Source of the DNA: Deltaproteobacteria bacterium RIFCSPLOWO2_12_FULL_60_19
Lineage (GTDB): Bacteria; Desulfobacterota; Binatia; UBA9968
Direction of reading: 5' to 3'
Assembly (NCBI GenBank): GCA_001798595.1
Contig: MGSS01000014.1
Coordinates: 20,910 to 84,909 of the forward strand
DNA: 64,000 nucleotides
A program made the position numbers and the translations under genes. Of this stretch, positions 9,143-18,250 are shown piece after piece. How positions within the stretch are numbered: position 1 is the first letter of the stretch; the number at the start of each line of letters is the position of its first letter. Under the pieces are notes generated by a model. It did not search any database, was not told the DNA's origin, and saw nothing but the letters and a program-made list of their open reading frames with translations.

Positions 9143-9296
9143 CTTCTGCGCCTTCCTTAAAGCCCGGTTGGGAATCGACTATGCTGACTGATCAAAAAAT
9201 TGTACTTCAGCAATATGCATGCCATCCCGCATCGCGCATCCTGTCGAACCAGGGGACAGGCAGCTTTTTACAAGACAAAAAAGCAGCCAGTCCCCG

Positions 9297-10040
9297 TCAT
9301 ATGTACTGCCCGCCATCGACTTTGATCACTTCTCCGGTAATGTACGCGGCCCGTTCGCTGCACAGGAAAGCGACCAGATGAGCTACGTCTTCCGGAGTCC
9401 CGAGCCGCCCCAAGACGGTTTCCTTAAGCGCGTCGTCTTTTGCCTGTCGTGGGAGGGCGTCGGTCATTTTGGTGCGGATATAGCCGGGAGCTACCGCGTT
9501 GACGTTCACGTGGGAGCTTCCCAGCTCTCGCGCCAGCGTCTTCGTCAGGCCGATGAGTCCCGCTTTCGCCGCCGCATAGTTGGCGAGGCCCCACTGGCCT
9601 CTCAGTCCGTTGACAGAGGAGATGTTGACGATCTTGCCGCCCTGTTGCCCCCTGAAAATCAGCGCTGCGGCGCGCGCGTAGTTGAACGCCCCTTTGAGAT
9701 TGACGCCGAGGACCCGGTCCCACTCCTCTTCGCTCATCTTCCAGCTCACCCGGTCTAAATTGATGCCGGCGTTGTTGACCAGGATGTCGAGCCGCCCGAG
9801 GGCGGCGACGACTTCAGCGACGACTTTCTGGGCGCGCTGGAAGTCGGAAACATCCGCCGGGAAAAAGGAGGCCCTTCCGCCAAGTCCCGTAACGGCTTTG
9901 AGAATCCCTTCCGCGTCCGGCGTCGGTTGAAGATCGCAGATCGCGATGTCGGCGCCGCTGCGCGCCAGCGCCAACGCGATGGCCGCTCCGATGCCGCGCG
10001 AGCCTCCCGTTACGAGAGCGACTTTTCCTTGAAGCTCCAT
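9297..10040 (-). CDS. SDR, 3-oxoacyl-(ACP/CoA) reductase FabG-like
   Basis: MELQGKVALVTGGSRGIG, NNAG and YAAAKAG motifs. I chose the start at 10040. The track ORF extends to 10091, into the tandem repeat. Confidence 0.85.
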   Translation of the reverse strand: MELQGKVALVTGGSRGIGAAIALALARSGADIAICDLQPTPDAEGILKAVTGLGGRASFFPADVSDFQRAQKVVAEVVAALGRLDILVNNAGINLDRVSWKMSEEEWDRVLGVNLKGAFNYARAAALIFRGQQGGKIVNISSVNGLRGQWGLANYAAAKAGLIGLTKTLARELGSSHVNVNAVAPGYIRTKMTDALPRQAKDDALKETVLGRLGTPEDVAHLVAFLCSERAAYITGEVIKVDGGQYI

Positions 10041-10089
10041 CCAGACTTTCCCGGTTTCAGCAGTCCGGTTTCGACTCTTGAGTTGGTTC

Positions 10090-10187
10090 AAAACTCAACG
10101 AACCCAACCAACTCAACTAACTCAACGAACCCAACCAACTCAACCAACTCAACCAACTCAACTAACTCAACTAACTCAACTAACTCT
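10090..10187. repeat. Tandem 9-nt repeat (consensus ACTCAACYA, about 10 units) with a short complementary left arm
   Basis: actcaacga acccaacca actcaacta actcaacga acccaacca actcaacca actcaacca actcaacta actcaacta actcaacta. The upstream ttgagttggtt (10077-10087) is complementary to aaccaactcaa. Confidence 0.85.
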
Positions 10188-10994
10188 TCTCTCCTGCCCG
10201 GCGGCATTTTTCTCGACGTAGGCGTTAAATGTCTCCGCCGATCTCGCGTGGCCGAGATATTCTTTGAGACGAACGAAATCCGCAGGGTAGTCGGGATAGC
10301 AAGAGGTGAACCCCGCTCCTCCCGGCGCTTCGACGACCTTGGAGGTCCAGAGTTTAACAATCGCGGTGTCGGCGAAGCGTTGCTCGATCGTCTCCGTGTC
10401 GACGATTTTTTCCGCCGACATGATGGTTTTCTTCGCAGCCTGGGCGCAGAGCGGATCGAGAAACCAGTCGCCCAGGATCTGGCCGTAGCCGGTCGGATCG
10501 GCTGAGTTGACGTGGAGCAGAGCTACATCCGGCCGGATCGCTTTCACCGCGACAAGCTTTTCCCCGCCGAAAGGAGAGACGAATTTCTGGAGATTGGAAT
10601 TGACGCGGAGGAGATCGCTGCCGAGACCGGAACGCACGGGCATAAAGGATATGCCCCGCGCTCCCGCCTCTAACGCGGAGATCAGGATAAACTCGGAGCC
10701 CTCGATAAACTCCGCTTTGTTTTCTTCCCGGGCCCGGCGGAAATTCGGCCCCGGCCCGCCGAAGTCAAAACCGACATAGGCGTAAAACAATTTTTTCACC
10801 CGCCCCGCGCCGAGAAGCAGATCGACGTCCGGCCCGCCGAGCACGCTGACCACGGTGAGGTCGCGGATGCCGGCTCTGATCACCTCCTCAACCAACGCCA
10901 TCGGCTTGCGCACCAGGCCGCCGCCGCCGATGACGATGGTGTCGCCGCTGCGGATCTCTTCGCGGACATCTCTGAGCCCTATGACTTTGTTCAT
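10176..10994 (-). CDS. CoA-transferase subunit A-like protein
   Basis: 272 aa. SGDTIVIGGGGLVRKPMALVEEVIRAG and the EGSEFILISALEAGARG pattern match family-I alpha subunits. Confidence 0.7.
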   Translation of the reverse strand: MNKVIGLRDVREEIRSGDTIVIGGGGLVRKPMALVEEVIRAGIRDLTVVSVLGGPDVDLLLGAGRVKKLFYAYVGFDFGGPGPNFRRAREENKAEFIEGSEFILISALEAGARGISFMPVRSGLGSDLLRVNSNLQKFVSPFGGEKLVAVKAIRPDVALLHVNSADPTGYGQILGDWFLDPLCAQAAKKTIMSAEKIVDTETIEQRFADTAIVKLWTSKVVEAPGGAGFTSCYPDYPADFVRLKEYLGHARSAETFNAYVEKNAAGQERRVS

Positions 10995-11211
10995 TCTGGT
11001 TAGGAACTATCAATTTCCATGCCACGCGGCCGGGTCGAGATGCCTACAGAGTCGCGCTTTCGAGATCGTCCGCATTCCCAAGGGCAATAAAAAGCGCGCC
11101 GTTTTTCCAAGCCGTAAGAAAAAAAGCTTTCCGCTCTTTCGTCTTTCGATGAGAAGCTTGCGCGTCGGCGCGGGGTTCGCTGGCATAGATTATGCAGCCT
11201 TCCCACCGAAT

Positions 11212-13281
11212 ATGTTTAAGGCGTGCGTTGACGTCGGCGGGACGTTTACCGACTGTCTCATCCTGGACGAGCGAGGCAATTTCACCGAGTTCAAAGTCTC
11301 GACGACGCCGCAAGATCCATCCCTCGGGCTGGTCAATTCTCTGGAGAAAGCGGCCAGGTTTTACGGCCGGCGGGTAGAGAAATTCTCCTCCGAGATCGAG
11401 ATGCTGGTTCACGGCACGACGCTCGCCACCAACGCGCTTTTGACCGGCAACATCGCCAAGGTCGGAATGCTCACCACCAAAGGCTTTCGCGACGTCATCC
11501 ACATCCGGCGCGGCTTTAAGAACATACGCACCTCGATGTTCAACGTCTTTATCCCGCCCTATCGCCCGTTGGTGCCGCGCCGCTTGCGGCTGCCGGTCGA
11601 GGAGAGAACCCTGCACACGGGAGAGATCCGCGCTCCGCTAAACGAAGCCGAGACCCGCGCGGCCGTCGAGACTCTGGCCGCCGAGGGGGTGGAGGCGGTG
11701 GCCGTCTGTTTTTTACATTCGTACGCCAATCCGCAAAACGAGAGCCGGGCCGCCGCCATCTGCCGCGAGCGGCTCGGCGGCGCCTACGTCACCGCGTCGC
11801 ACGAGGTCCTTCCCGTCTGGCGCGAGCACGAGCGGTTCAGCACCGCCGTGGTCAGCGCGGCCATCGGGCCGATCACGTCAAAATATCTGAACGTCCTGGA
11901 GGAGCGGCTCAGCGCGGCCGGTTTCAGCGGAACGCTGCTCATCGTGCAGACCGACGGCTTGGTCCAGTCGGTGGAGCAGGCACGGAAAAGGGCCGTCTCC
12001 CTTATCGCCTCGGGCCCCGCCGCGGCGCCGCAAGCCGCGATTTTTTGCGGCAAATTGGCCGAGCGTCCGAACCTCATCTCGATCGACATGGGGGGGACGA
12101 GTTTGGACGTCGCGCTCGTGCTCAACGGCGAAGTGCATCACACCACGGAAGGTTGGGTGGGAGACGAAAGAGTCGCGATCAAGATGGTGGACGTGCAGAG
12201 CGTCGGCGCCGGCGGCGGGAGCAAGGCCTGGATCGATTCCCTGGGTCTGCTCCGCGTCGGGCCCGAGAGCGCTGGCGCCGAGCCGGGGCCGGCCTGTTAC
12301 GGCAGGGGAGGCGAAGAGCCGACGGTCACAGACGCCGATCTCATTTTAGGCTACGTCCCGCGCGACTATTTTCTGGGCGGCGAGCTTCAGCTCGATGTCC
12401 CGCTGGCCGAGAAAGCTATCGGAAAAGTCGCCCGCCCGTTGGGCATGCAGGTGGGCGAGGCGGCGCAAGCCATCTTCACCACGGTCAATTCGCTGATGGC
12501 CGATCGCATCAGCGAGATCTCCACCAAAAGGGGGAAGGACGTGCGCGATTTCGCTCTCGTCGTCGGCGGGGGCGCGGGGCCGGTGCACGGGGCGCATCTG
12601 GCCGAGCTGTTGGGCATCCCCGCCGTCATCGTGCCGCGCTTCGCTTCGCTCTACAGCGCTTTCGGCATGTTCGCGATGGACATCGGACGCGACTACGTGC
12701 GCTCCTACGTTACGCCCGCGGAGGCGCTCGATGTCGCCGCGGTCAATCGGTTGTACCAGGAGATGGAAACGCAAGCGGCGGCGGACCGCGCGGCGATGGG
12801 GCTTGCGGCCGACCAAACGACTCTAATCAGGACCGCCGACATGAGATACGCGGGACAGTTTCACGAAGTGGAAGTGCGCGGATCTTCCAACGGCCGGTTT
12901 ACCGCGGGAGATATTCAGGCTTTGCAGCAGGCGTTTCATAAGCGCCACGACGAGCTTTACACCTTCTCGATGGCGTTTCGTCCGGTGGAATTTCTCAACT
13001 TCCGGCTGAAGGCGGTCTTCCGCAAGGCGGAGCTGGCCTTGCGCCACATCGGCCGGGGGACGGGAGATCCTGCCTCCGCTTTCAAGCGAAAGCGGCAATG
13101 CTTTTTCAAAGAGCTGGGGGGCTACGTGGAGACGCCGTGTTACACCGGCGAGAAGCTGCGGGCGGGCGACGCGATTCCCGGGCCGGCCTTGATCGAGGAG
13201 AAGGCCACGACGGTGGTGGTTCCCAAGGCGTTTACCTGCCACGTGGACCCATTCCAAAACTACATCCTGACTCGGGGCTAA
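11212..13281 (+). CDS. Hydantoinase A / oxoprolinase / acetone-acetophenone carboxylase beta-type ATPase subunit
   Basis: MFKACVDVGGTFTDCLILDE is the start typical of HyuA, with a second ASKHA motif IDMGGTSLDV. The ORF track extends upstream to 10855 across the divergent intergenic region. I trimmed it to ATG 11212. Confidence 0.85.
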   Translation: MFKACVDVGGTFTDCLILDERGNFTEFKVSTTPQDPSLGLVNSLEKAARFYGRRVEKFSSEIEMLVHGTTLATNALLTGNIAKVGMLTTKGFRDVIHIRRGFKNIRTSMFNVFIPPYRPLVPRRLRLPVEERTLHTGEIRAPLNEAETRAAVETLAAEGVEAVAVCFLHSYANPQNESRAAAICRERLGGAYVTASHEVLPVWREHERFSTAVVSAAIGPITSKYLNVLEERLSAAGFSGTLLIVQTDGLVQSVEQARKRAVSLIASGPAAAPQAAIFCGKLAERPNLISIDMGGTSLDVALVLNGEVHHTTEGWVGDERVAIKMVDVQSVGAGGGSKAWIDSLGLLRVGPESAGAEPGPACYGRGGEEPTVTDADLILGYVPRDYFLGGELQLDVPLAEKAIGKVARPLGMQVGEAAQAIFTTVNSLMADRISEISTKRGKDVRDFALVVGGGAGPVHGAHLAELLGIPAVIVPRFASLYSAFGMFAMDIGRDYVRSYVTPAEALDVAAVNRLYQEMETQAAADRAAMGLAADQTTLIRTADMRYAGQFHEVEVRGSSNGRFTAGDIQALQQAFHKRHDELYTFSMAFRPVEFLNFRLKAVFRKAELALRHIGRGTGDPASAFKRKRQCFFKELGGYVETPCYTGEKLRAGDAIPGPALIEEKATTVVVPKAFTCHVDPFQNYILTRG

Positions 13282-13282
13282 A

Positions 13283-15049
13283 ATGGACCACGCCATCGAT
13301 CCGATCACGCTGTCTACGGTCTGGCATTCGATGCAGAGCGCCTGCCGCGAGGTGCGGCACGTCATCGACCGGACCTCGCAGAACTTTTTAATCGCGCAGC
13401 TCCACGACGTCTCCGCCGGAATCTGGGACGCCAGGGCCAGGACCATCTCGATTCCCGCCGGCCTGCCGGTGCAATTTATGGCCGCCAAATTTTCCATCAA
13501 GGCGATCCTCGACAAATTCGCCGGCCGCATCTATCCCGGCGACGTTTTTCTCACCAACGATCCCTACAAGGGCCACTGCTGCCATCTGCCCGACTGGGGA
13601 TTCTACCGTCCGGTGTTCTACGGCGACGAGCTACTTTTTTTCACCCTCGCGCGCGCGCACCAGATGGACACCGGCGGTTCCTACCCCGGCGGCTACTTCC
13701 CCAACGGCTATGACATTCACGCCGAGGGGCTCATTATCCCGCCGATTAAAGTTTTCGAGCGCGGCGTCGAGCGCGAAGACATCTTCGATCTTATCTGGAA
13801 CAACGTCCGCTGGCCGGAAGGAGTGCGGGTGGACAACTACGCGCTGATCGCGGCGACCAAGATCTGCGAGCAGAGAATTCTGGGCTTGATCGAAAAATAC
13901 GGCAAAGAGACGGTGCTCGGCTGCGTCGAGGAGATGCTCGCCAGAACGGAAAAGGCGGTGAGGGAGGAGATCCGCAAGATGCCCGACGGCGTCTATACCG
14001 GCGAGTCGGCGACCGACGACGACGGCTCGGAGCTGGGCGTGCCCGTCTGGGTGAAGTGCAAGCTCACGATCAGCGGCGATCGGATGTCGGTCGATTTTTC
14101 AGAGAGCGACAAGCAGAGAAAAGGCTTTGTGAACGCCGTCTTCGCTTCCACCTACAGCAACACGCTGGCCTCGGTATTTCTGTTTCTCGATCCGGCGCTG
14201 TCGGACTACCACAACGAGGGCAGCATGACTCCGATCCAGCTTGTCACGCAGGAAGGCTCGGTGGTCCATGCGCGCTACCCCGCTACGGTCGGCGCCTCGC
14301 CGGTGAACGTCGGCACGCAGATCATGGAGTCGGTCGTCATGGCGATGTCGAAGGCGATGCCGAAGCGGGCCGTCGCCGCGTGGGGACGGCACTATTCTCA
14401 TTTCATTTACGGCTTCGATCCCAGGGTCAACCAACCTTACGTCCAAGTGCTCTTCGAGCCGGACGGCGGATCGGGCGCGGTGTACGGCTACGACGGCTAC
14501 GAGGGTGTCACGATGTTGGTGACGTTGGGCGAGGCGGTCAAAGGGGACGTGGAGACGATCGAGGTCCGCTTTCCCTGGACGGTGGAGAAGTACGAGTTCG
14601 CGCCCGACTCCGCGGGAGCGGGCCGGTGGCGCGGCGCCGCGGGAATTCATTGGGAGATGGTGAACCACGGCAGCCCCGCCGGCATGAGCACGGGCAACGC
14701 CGAAGGGGAGACCGTGCACGGGCTCGGCGCTTTGGGCGGCCTGCCCGCGCCGTTCAACCAGGCCCATATCCGCCGCAACGGCGAGACGCTGCCGCTTCGC
14801 GCGCATCGGATCTATTCGCTCTCTCCGGAAGACCGGGTGGTCAAAGTCACCGGCGGAGGAGGCGGCGTCGGACCGCCCCTGGAACGAGAGCCGGAAAAAG
14901 TGCGGGAAGACGTGCTGGACGGTTTTATCACGATTGGGAGCGCGCGGGAGATCTACGGTGTCGTGATCGACGCGCAGACACGCGAGTTGGATCTCAAGGC
15001 CACGGCAACGCTGCGCCGCGAAATGAAAAAAGCTACGGCCGCAGCCTGA
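13283..15049 (+). CDS. Hydantoinase B / oxoprolinase subunit
   Basis: 588 aa. DPITLSTVWHSMQSACREV is the start typical of HyuB. It is tightly coupled to the A subunit (2-nt gap). Confidence 0.85.
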   Translation: MDHAIDPITLSTVWHSMQSACREVRHVIDRTSQNFLIAQLHDVSAGIWDARARTISIPAGLPVQFMAAKFSIKAILDKFAGRIYPGDVFLTNDPYKGHCCHLPDWGFYRPVFYGDELLFFTLARAHQMDTGGSYPGGYFPNGYDIHAEGLIIPPIKVFERGVEREDIFDLIWNNVRWPEGVRVDNYALIAATKICEQRILGLIEKYGKETVLGCVEEMLARTEKAVREEIRKMPDGVYTGESATDDDGSELGVPVWVKCKLTISGDRMSVDFSESDKQRKGFVNAVFASTYSNTLASVFLFLDPALSDYHNEGSMTPIQLVTQEGSVVHARYPATVGASPVNVGTQIMESVVMAMSKAMPKRAVAAWGRHYSHFIYGFDPRVNQPYVQVLFEPDGGSGAVYGYDGYEGVTMLVTLGEAVKGDVETIEVRFPWTVEKYEFAPDSAGAGRWRGAAGIHWEMVNHGSPAGMSTGNAEGETVHGLGALGGLPAPFNQAHIRRNGETLPLRAHRIYSLSPEDRVVKVTGGGGGVGPPLEREPEKVREDVLDGFITIGSAREIYGVVIDAQTRELDLKATATLRREMKKATAAA

Positions 15050-15063
15050 TTCCCGCTGCAAAT

Positions 15064-16773
15064 ATGCTGGCCGCGTATAGGGCAAAGTTCACTTGGAGCG
15101 GCATCCTCTTGACGGGGATCACCGTCTTCGTGATCTATCTCACTTTGGTCCCGATCGGGATGGCGGTCTACGGCAGCCTCCAGGACGGCCCGCCGGGGAC
15201 CGGCAGCTCTTTCACGCTGCACAACTACGTCAGAGCCTTCAACCATCCGATCCTCTACAAGTCGATCGTCAACTCTCTCATCTTCGCTCTGGGCGCCGGC
15301 ACGCTGGCCTTCACCATCGGTTGTCTGCTGGCCTGGGTGACCGAGCGGACCAACGCGCCGCTCAAAGGCGTGATCTACACCGCGGTCTTCATCCAGGTCA
15401 TGACGCCGGGAATTCTCGAAAGCATCTCCTGGGTGCTGCTCCTCAGTCCCCAGATCGGCCTCATCAATGTTTACGCCAAGTCGCTGTTCAATCTGAGCGA
15501 GGCGCCGTTCAATGTCTACAGCATGACCGGAATGATCTGGGCCTTCGGCGTAAGCTCCTACACCGTCCCGTTTCTTCTCATGGCCGCCGCGTTTCGCTCC
15601 ATGGATCCGTCGCTCGAGGAGGCGGCTTTCGTCGCCGGCTCCGGCAACCTGCAGACGGTGCGCCGGATCACGCTGAGGCTCATGCTGCCGTCGATGCTCG
15701 CCGCCTGGCTGATGCTCTTTATCCGCGGGATCGAGACCTTTGAAGTCCCCGCCATCCTCGGATTGCCCGCCGGCGTGATCCTGCTGGCGACCGAGGTCTA
15801 TCTGATGACCCGGGAAGTTCCGACGGACTTCAACCTGGCTGCGACATTCTCGATGGTCTATCTGGTCGTCGCTTTGGCCGGGCTTTACATCTATTTTCGC
15901 GCCACCCGCTACGCCGAGAGGTTTGCGGTCATTACGGGAAAGGCATTCAGACCCAGGCTCATGAACCTCGGCCCCTGGCGCTTTCCCGTGGGCGGGGCCT
16001 GTCTGGCGCTGTTGACTCTGGTCGCCTTCCTGCCTCTGATGGTGATCGTCTACACTTCGTTCCTCCCGTTTTACGCGCCGCCTTCGACCAAGATGTTCAA
16101 CCTGATGTCGCTGGATAACTACCGCCAGCTCACGCAGCACGGAGGCGTCTACAAGGCTTTCCAGAATAATCTGCTGGTGGGGACAGCGAGCGCCAGCCTG
16201 GCGGTCTTTTTTACCGCCGTAATCGCCTGGATCGTTCATCGCACGCCGGTGCGCGGGCGAAAGTTGCTGGATGTTTTAACCTTCTCCCCGATCGCCTTTC
16301 CCGGCGTGGTCTTCGGCCTCGCCCTGATGTGGCTTTACCTGACCATTCCCGTTCCGGTGTACGGCACGCTCTGGATCCTGCTCATCGCCTACGTGAGCAA
16401 GTACATGCCGGTCAGCATGCGCGCGTGCAGCGCCGCGGTGATGCAGGTCAACAAAGAGCTCGAAGAGGCCTCCAACGCAAGCGGCGCTTCGTGGTGGGCG
16501 ACGTTCAGAAGAATTCTCGTCCCGTTGATTCTTCCCGGGATGTTCGTCGGCTGGGCCTATATTTTGTCGCTCACGTTTAAAGTCCTGTCGCTTCCCGTCC
16601 TTCTCGCCCACGCGGGGACGGAGGTGGTGCCGGTCTTGATCTTCGACCTCTACGAAGGAGGGCAGTACACGGTTCTCAACGCGCTGGGAGTCGGGGTGAT
16701 TATCGTCGTGACCGCGATCAGTTTGACGGCGCGAGCGATCAGCCGCCGCTACGGCCTGGAACAGTTTGAATAA
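15064..16773 (+). CDS. ABC transporter permease, fused double-domain (iron(III)/thiamine/polyamine FbpB-ThiP type)
   Basis: 569 aa from ATG 15064, hydrophobic throughout. It has two permease halves, each with an EAA-like loop (DPSLEEAAFVAGSG and NKELEEASNASGAS). It is a paralog of 26936..28630. Confidence 0.8.
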   Translation: MLAAYRAKFTWSGILLTGITVFVIYLTLVPIGMAVYGSLQDGPPGTGSSFTLHNYVRAFNHPILYKSIVNSLIFALGAGTLAFTIGCLLAWVTERTNAPLKGVIYTAVFIQVMTPGILESISWVLLLSPQIGLINVYAKSLFNLSEAPFNVYSMTGMIWAFGVSSYTVPFLLMAAAFRSMDPSLEEAAFVAGSGNLQTVRRITLRLMLPSMLAAWLMLFIRGIETFEVPAILGLPAGVILLATEVYLMTREVPTDFNLAATFSMVYLVVALAGLYIYFRATRYAERFAVITGKAFRPRLMNLGPWRFPVGGACLALLTLVAFLPLMVIVYTSFLPFYAPPSTKMFNLMSLDNYRQLTQHGGVYKAFQNNLLVGTASASLAVFFTAVIAWIVHRTPVRGRKLLDVLTFSPIAFPGVVFGLALMWLYLTIPVPVYGTLWILLIAYVSKYMPVSMRACSAAVMQVNKELEEASNASGASWWATFRRILVPLILPGMFVGWAYILSLTFKVLSLPVLLAHAGTEVVPVLIFDLYEGGQYTVLNALGVGVIIVVTAISLTARAISRRYGLEQFE

Positions 16774-16792
16774 CGTCCGCTCGGGAGGATTT

Positions 16793-18247
16793 ATGGCGAT
16801 TAAAGATCTCAGAAGCTTCATTTCCGTTTTAGAAGAGCACGGCGAGCTGGTCCGCGTAAAGGCGGAGGTCGATTGGAACCTCGAACTGGGAGGCATCCTC
16901 AGGCGGATCTACGATAAGGGCGCGCCGGCCGCGCTGTTCGAAAAGATCAAGGACTACCCCAAAGGGATGCGCATCCTCGGCGCTCCGATGGGACGGGGCC
17001 ACACCACCATCTATTCGCGCCATGCCCTCGCTCTGGGTCTCAAGCCCGACGCGGGCTACGGCGAGATCTTGAAGACCTACGTCGAGCGGAAGAACAAACC
17101 GTTCAAGCCCGTCGTGGTGAAAAATGCTCCCTGCAAGGAAGTGATTCTCAAAGGGGACGACGTGGACCTCTTGAAATTTCCAGTTCCCTTTATCCACGAG
17201 GGCGACGGCGGGCGCTTTATCGGAACGTGGCACGCGGTGGTTTCGCGCGACCCGGAGGAAGGGTGGACCAACTGGGGGATGTACCGGATGATGGTTCACG
17301 ACCGCAACACGACCGGCATGCTCATCCCGCCCATCCAGCACATGGGGCGCATGTACCAAAAAGCCGAGGCGATGGGCAAACCGCTCGAAGCCGCCGTGGC
17401 GCTCGGGACCGATCCAGCCACCACCATCGTCAGTTGCGCCATGCTGCCCGACCGGATCGAGGAGCAGGACGTGGCCGGAGGCCTCCTGCGCGAGCCTATG
17501 GAGCTGGTCAAGTGCGAGACGGTGGATCTCTCAGTTCCGGCCAACGCGGAGATCATTCTAGAAGGCTATATTCCTCCGGGAGAGAGACGGACGGAAGGAC
17601 CGTTCGGCGAGTACATGGGGTTCGAGGCGGGCAGGTCCGGGCCGCGGCCGGTTTTTCACGTAACCTGCATCACGCATCGCAAAGATCCGATCCTGGCCGT
17701 CTCCAACATGGGGATGCCGATCCACGAGAGCCAGGTGGTGATGGGCATCACCATGGCGGGCGACATCTACGATGAGCTGACCAAACAGGGGCTACCCATC
17801 AGAATGGCCTACATGCCGCCGTACGGTGTCACGCACATGATCGCCGTCTCGACGCAGACGCCCTATATGAATTTCGCCAAGCGAGTGGCCCACTCGATCT
17901 GGGGGACCAAGGCGGGAAGCATGGTCTACTACGTCATCGTCTGCGACGCGGATGTGGATGTGACCGACTTCAACCAGGTAATCCACTCCATCGCCACCAA
18001 ATGCCACCCGTCGCGCGGCATCTACCAAGTGCCCCACGCGCCGAGTTACGCCTATATGGTTCCCTTCTTGAACGACAAGGAACGTCCGATCGGCGACGGC
18101 GCCTACGCGCTGCTCGATTGCACCTGGCCCAAGGACTGGCCCAAGGAGACGATCCCGGTCAAGTCTTCCTTCGATGTCCTCTGGCCCAAGGAAATTCAGG
18201 ATAAGGTCATCAGAAGGTGGGAGGACTACGGCTTTGCAAAGGACTGA
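16793..18247 (+). CDS. UbiD-family (prFMN-dependent) decarboxylase/carboxylase, paralog U1 (subfamily A)
   Basis: MAIKDLRSFISVLEEHGELVRV..., GGRFIGTWH, NWGMYR, QHMG and TEGPFGEYMGF. I placed the start at 16793, after GGGAGGA. Confidence 0.9.
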   Translation: MAIKDLRSFISVLEEHGELVRVKAEVDWNLELGGILRRIYDKGAPAALFEKIKDYPKGMRILGAPMGRGHTTIYSRHALALGLKPDAGYGEILKTYVERKNKPFKPVVVKNAPCKEVILKGDDVDLLKFPVPFIHEGDGGRFIGTWHAVVSRDPEEGWTNWGMYRMMVHDRNTTGMLIPPIQHMGRMYQKAEAMGKPLEAAVALGTDPATTIVSCAMLPDRIEEQDVAGGLLREPMELVKCETVDLSVPANAEIILEGYIPPGERRTEGPFGEYMGFEAGRSGPRPVFHVTCITHRKDPILAVSNMGMPIHESQVVMGITMAGDIYDELTKQGLPIRMAYMPPYGVTHMIAVSTQTPYMNFAKRVAHSIWGTKAGSMVYYVIVCDADVDVTDFNQVIHSIATKCHPSRGIYQVPHAPSYAYMVPFLNDKERPIGDGAYALLDCTWPKDWPKETIPVKSSFDVLWPKEIQDKVIRRWEDYGFAKD

Positions 18248-18250
18248 GGC

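Noticed and set aside
9252-9295. Rho-independent terminator after the FabG-like gene (18-bp stem ggggacaggcagcttttt / aaaaagcagccagtcccc)
   Set aside because: It is a strong hairpin, but no U-tract follows it on the transcribed (minus) strand. It is more likely another intergenic palindrome or a processing site than a classical intrinsic terminator.
10090-10187. Possible CRISPR array
   Set aside because: The units are only 9 nt, directly abutting with no spacers, and no cas genes are present. It is a simple tandem repeat.
11181-11196. Sigma-54-like promoter TGGCAT-N5-ATGCA upstream of the hydantoinase A gene
   Set aside because: The GG-N10-GC spacing fits, but the element ends only 15 nt before the ATG. 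That leaves no room for a leader or RBS. No enhancer-binding protein is in the window. I regard it as a chance match unless mapped experimentally.
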